DNA of 64,000 nucleotides from Lingula anatina (lineage: Eukaryota > Animalia > Brachiopoda). Of the stretch, positions 63,227-64,000 are shown in pieces. A program made the position numbers and the translations under genes. The DNA is taken from contig JBPQGU010000016.1 of assembly GCA_051362555.1 (NCBI GenBank), forward strand, positions 2,790,001-2,854,000. The letters run 5' to 3'. Each line of letters starts with the position of its first letter. Position 1 is the stretch's first letter. Under the pieces are notes generated by a model. That model saw only the letters and a list, made by a program, of their open reading frames with translations. It was not told the origin of the DNA and did not search any database.

Positions 63227-63529
63227 ATGAATAAAAACAAAAATATCATTACAAAAAAACATTTTGTGGAAAATATAAAGGAAGATTTAGATATTGATTT
63301 AAAATCAGCAAAAAAACTATATGATTCTTTTTTTGATACTTTTATAAAATCACTAAAATCAAAAAAAGATATAAAAGTAGCTAATTTAGGTATATTTTCA
63401 ATTGTAAAAACAAAAGAAAGAAAAGGTATGAATTTAAAAACAAATACAGTAATTTTAATACCTTCAAAAAATAAATTAAAATTTAAAGTTTCAAAGAAAT
63501 TAAAAGAAGAAATTGAACAAATTGAATAA
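63227..63529 (+). CDS. HU/IHF-family DNA-binding protein
   Basis: LGIFSI...RKGMNLKT...IPSK...KFKVSKKLKE; AGGAG RBS. Confidence 0.92.
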   Translation: MNKNKNIITKKHFVENIKEDLDIDLKSAKKLYDSFFDTFIKSLKSKKDIKVANLGIFSIVKTKERKGMNLKTNTVILIPSKNKLKFKVSKKLKEEIEQIE

Positions 63530-63555
63530 TAAAAAATAATATTTTTTTAAATAAT

Positions 63556-63588
63556 AAAAGTCTCTATTTTAAATAGAGACTTTTTTTT
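63556..63588. terminator. Bidirectional terminator between HU and the convergent gene
   Basis: AAAAGTCTCTATTT-T-AAATAGAGACTTTT. Confidence 0.85.
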
Positions 63589-63603
63589 ATTAATAAAATT
63601 ATA

Positions 63604-64000
63604 TTAATAATTTTTTCATTCTCTTTTCGAGATTACAAATGCTTCTATATTTTCAAAATCTTTAAAATCAATAATTTTATTCTCAATTAAAAATTTAATT
63701 AAAAATGAAAAAGTTGTCCCAGTTGTAAATACATCATCAAAAAATATTATTTTTTTATCTTTCAAAAATTCTTTATTTTTAAATATTTCTTTATTTTTTA
63801 ACTTTCAAGTTGGATATACTTTTTCTATTTCTTTTTCTCTCTCACTTTCTTTTTTTTGATAAAAAGAAAAATAACAACTTTTAATATCAAAACAAATATT
63901 ATTTTTATCTTTTATTTTATTTTTAATTTTTAAAACATAATCTAAAAACCTTCTAACTTGACAAAAAGTATTTTTTAAACCATTTTTTAATGGTGGTAAT
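63604..64000 (-). CDS. Phosphoribosyltransferase-fold (ComF-like) protein, 5' end outside the window
   Basis: PRPP-binding motif IIFFDDVFTTGTT. Confidence 0.8.

Overview
Very AT-rich Mollicute (Mycoplasmatota) chromosome segment that uses genetic code 4. TGA sits at conserved Trp positions, so the supplied ORF track fragments most genes; the coordinates below were re-read through TGA. The host is unknown. A host-associated lineage such as Hepatoplasma is plausible but cannot be shown from this window. Contents, mostly on the minus strand: the S10 ribosomal-protein cluster, broken after rpmC; an XRE regulator; a 38-aa, 15-Cys metallothionein-like peptide directly after rpoC; rpoBC; an ABC exporter; a tRNA cluster (Cys, Ala, a tRNA-like RNA with a collapsed anticodon loop, Pro); an arginine deiminase locus with two OTC genes and no carbamate kinase; a defence island (Dam/DpnII-type R-M, two OLD-like ATPase-TOPRIM genes, a Fic/Doc gene); two collagen-like surface proteins; uvrBAC. 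Two clusters stand out. (1) BCCT transporter (fused to an IF3 N-domain-like module), pta, a carnitine-type acyltransferase and ackA, which could make ATP from host acetylcarnitine. (2) pyrG, an NSS transporter with a small subunit, gatCAB and a YfcC transporter, where both amidotransferases keep their glutaminase sites but have eroded synthetase/acceptor sites. All family assignments are by manual motif recognition; no searches were run.
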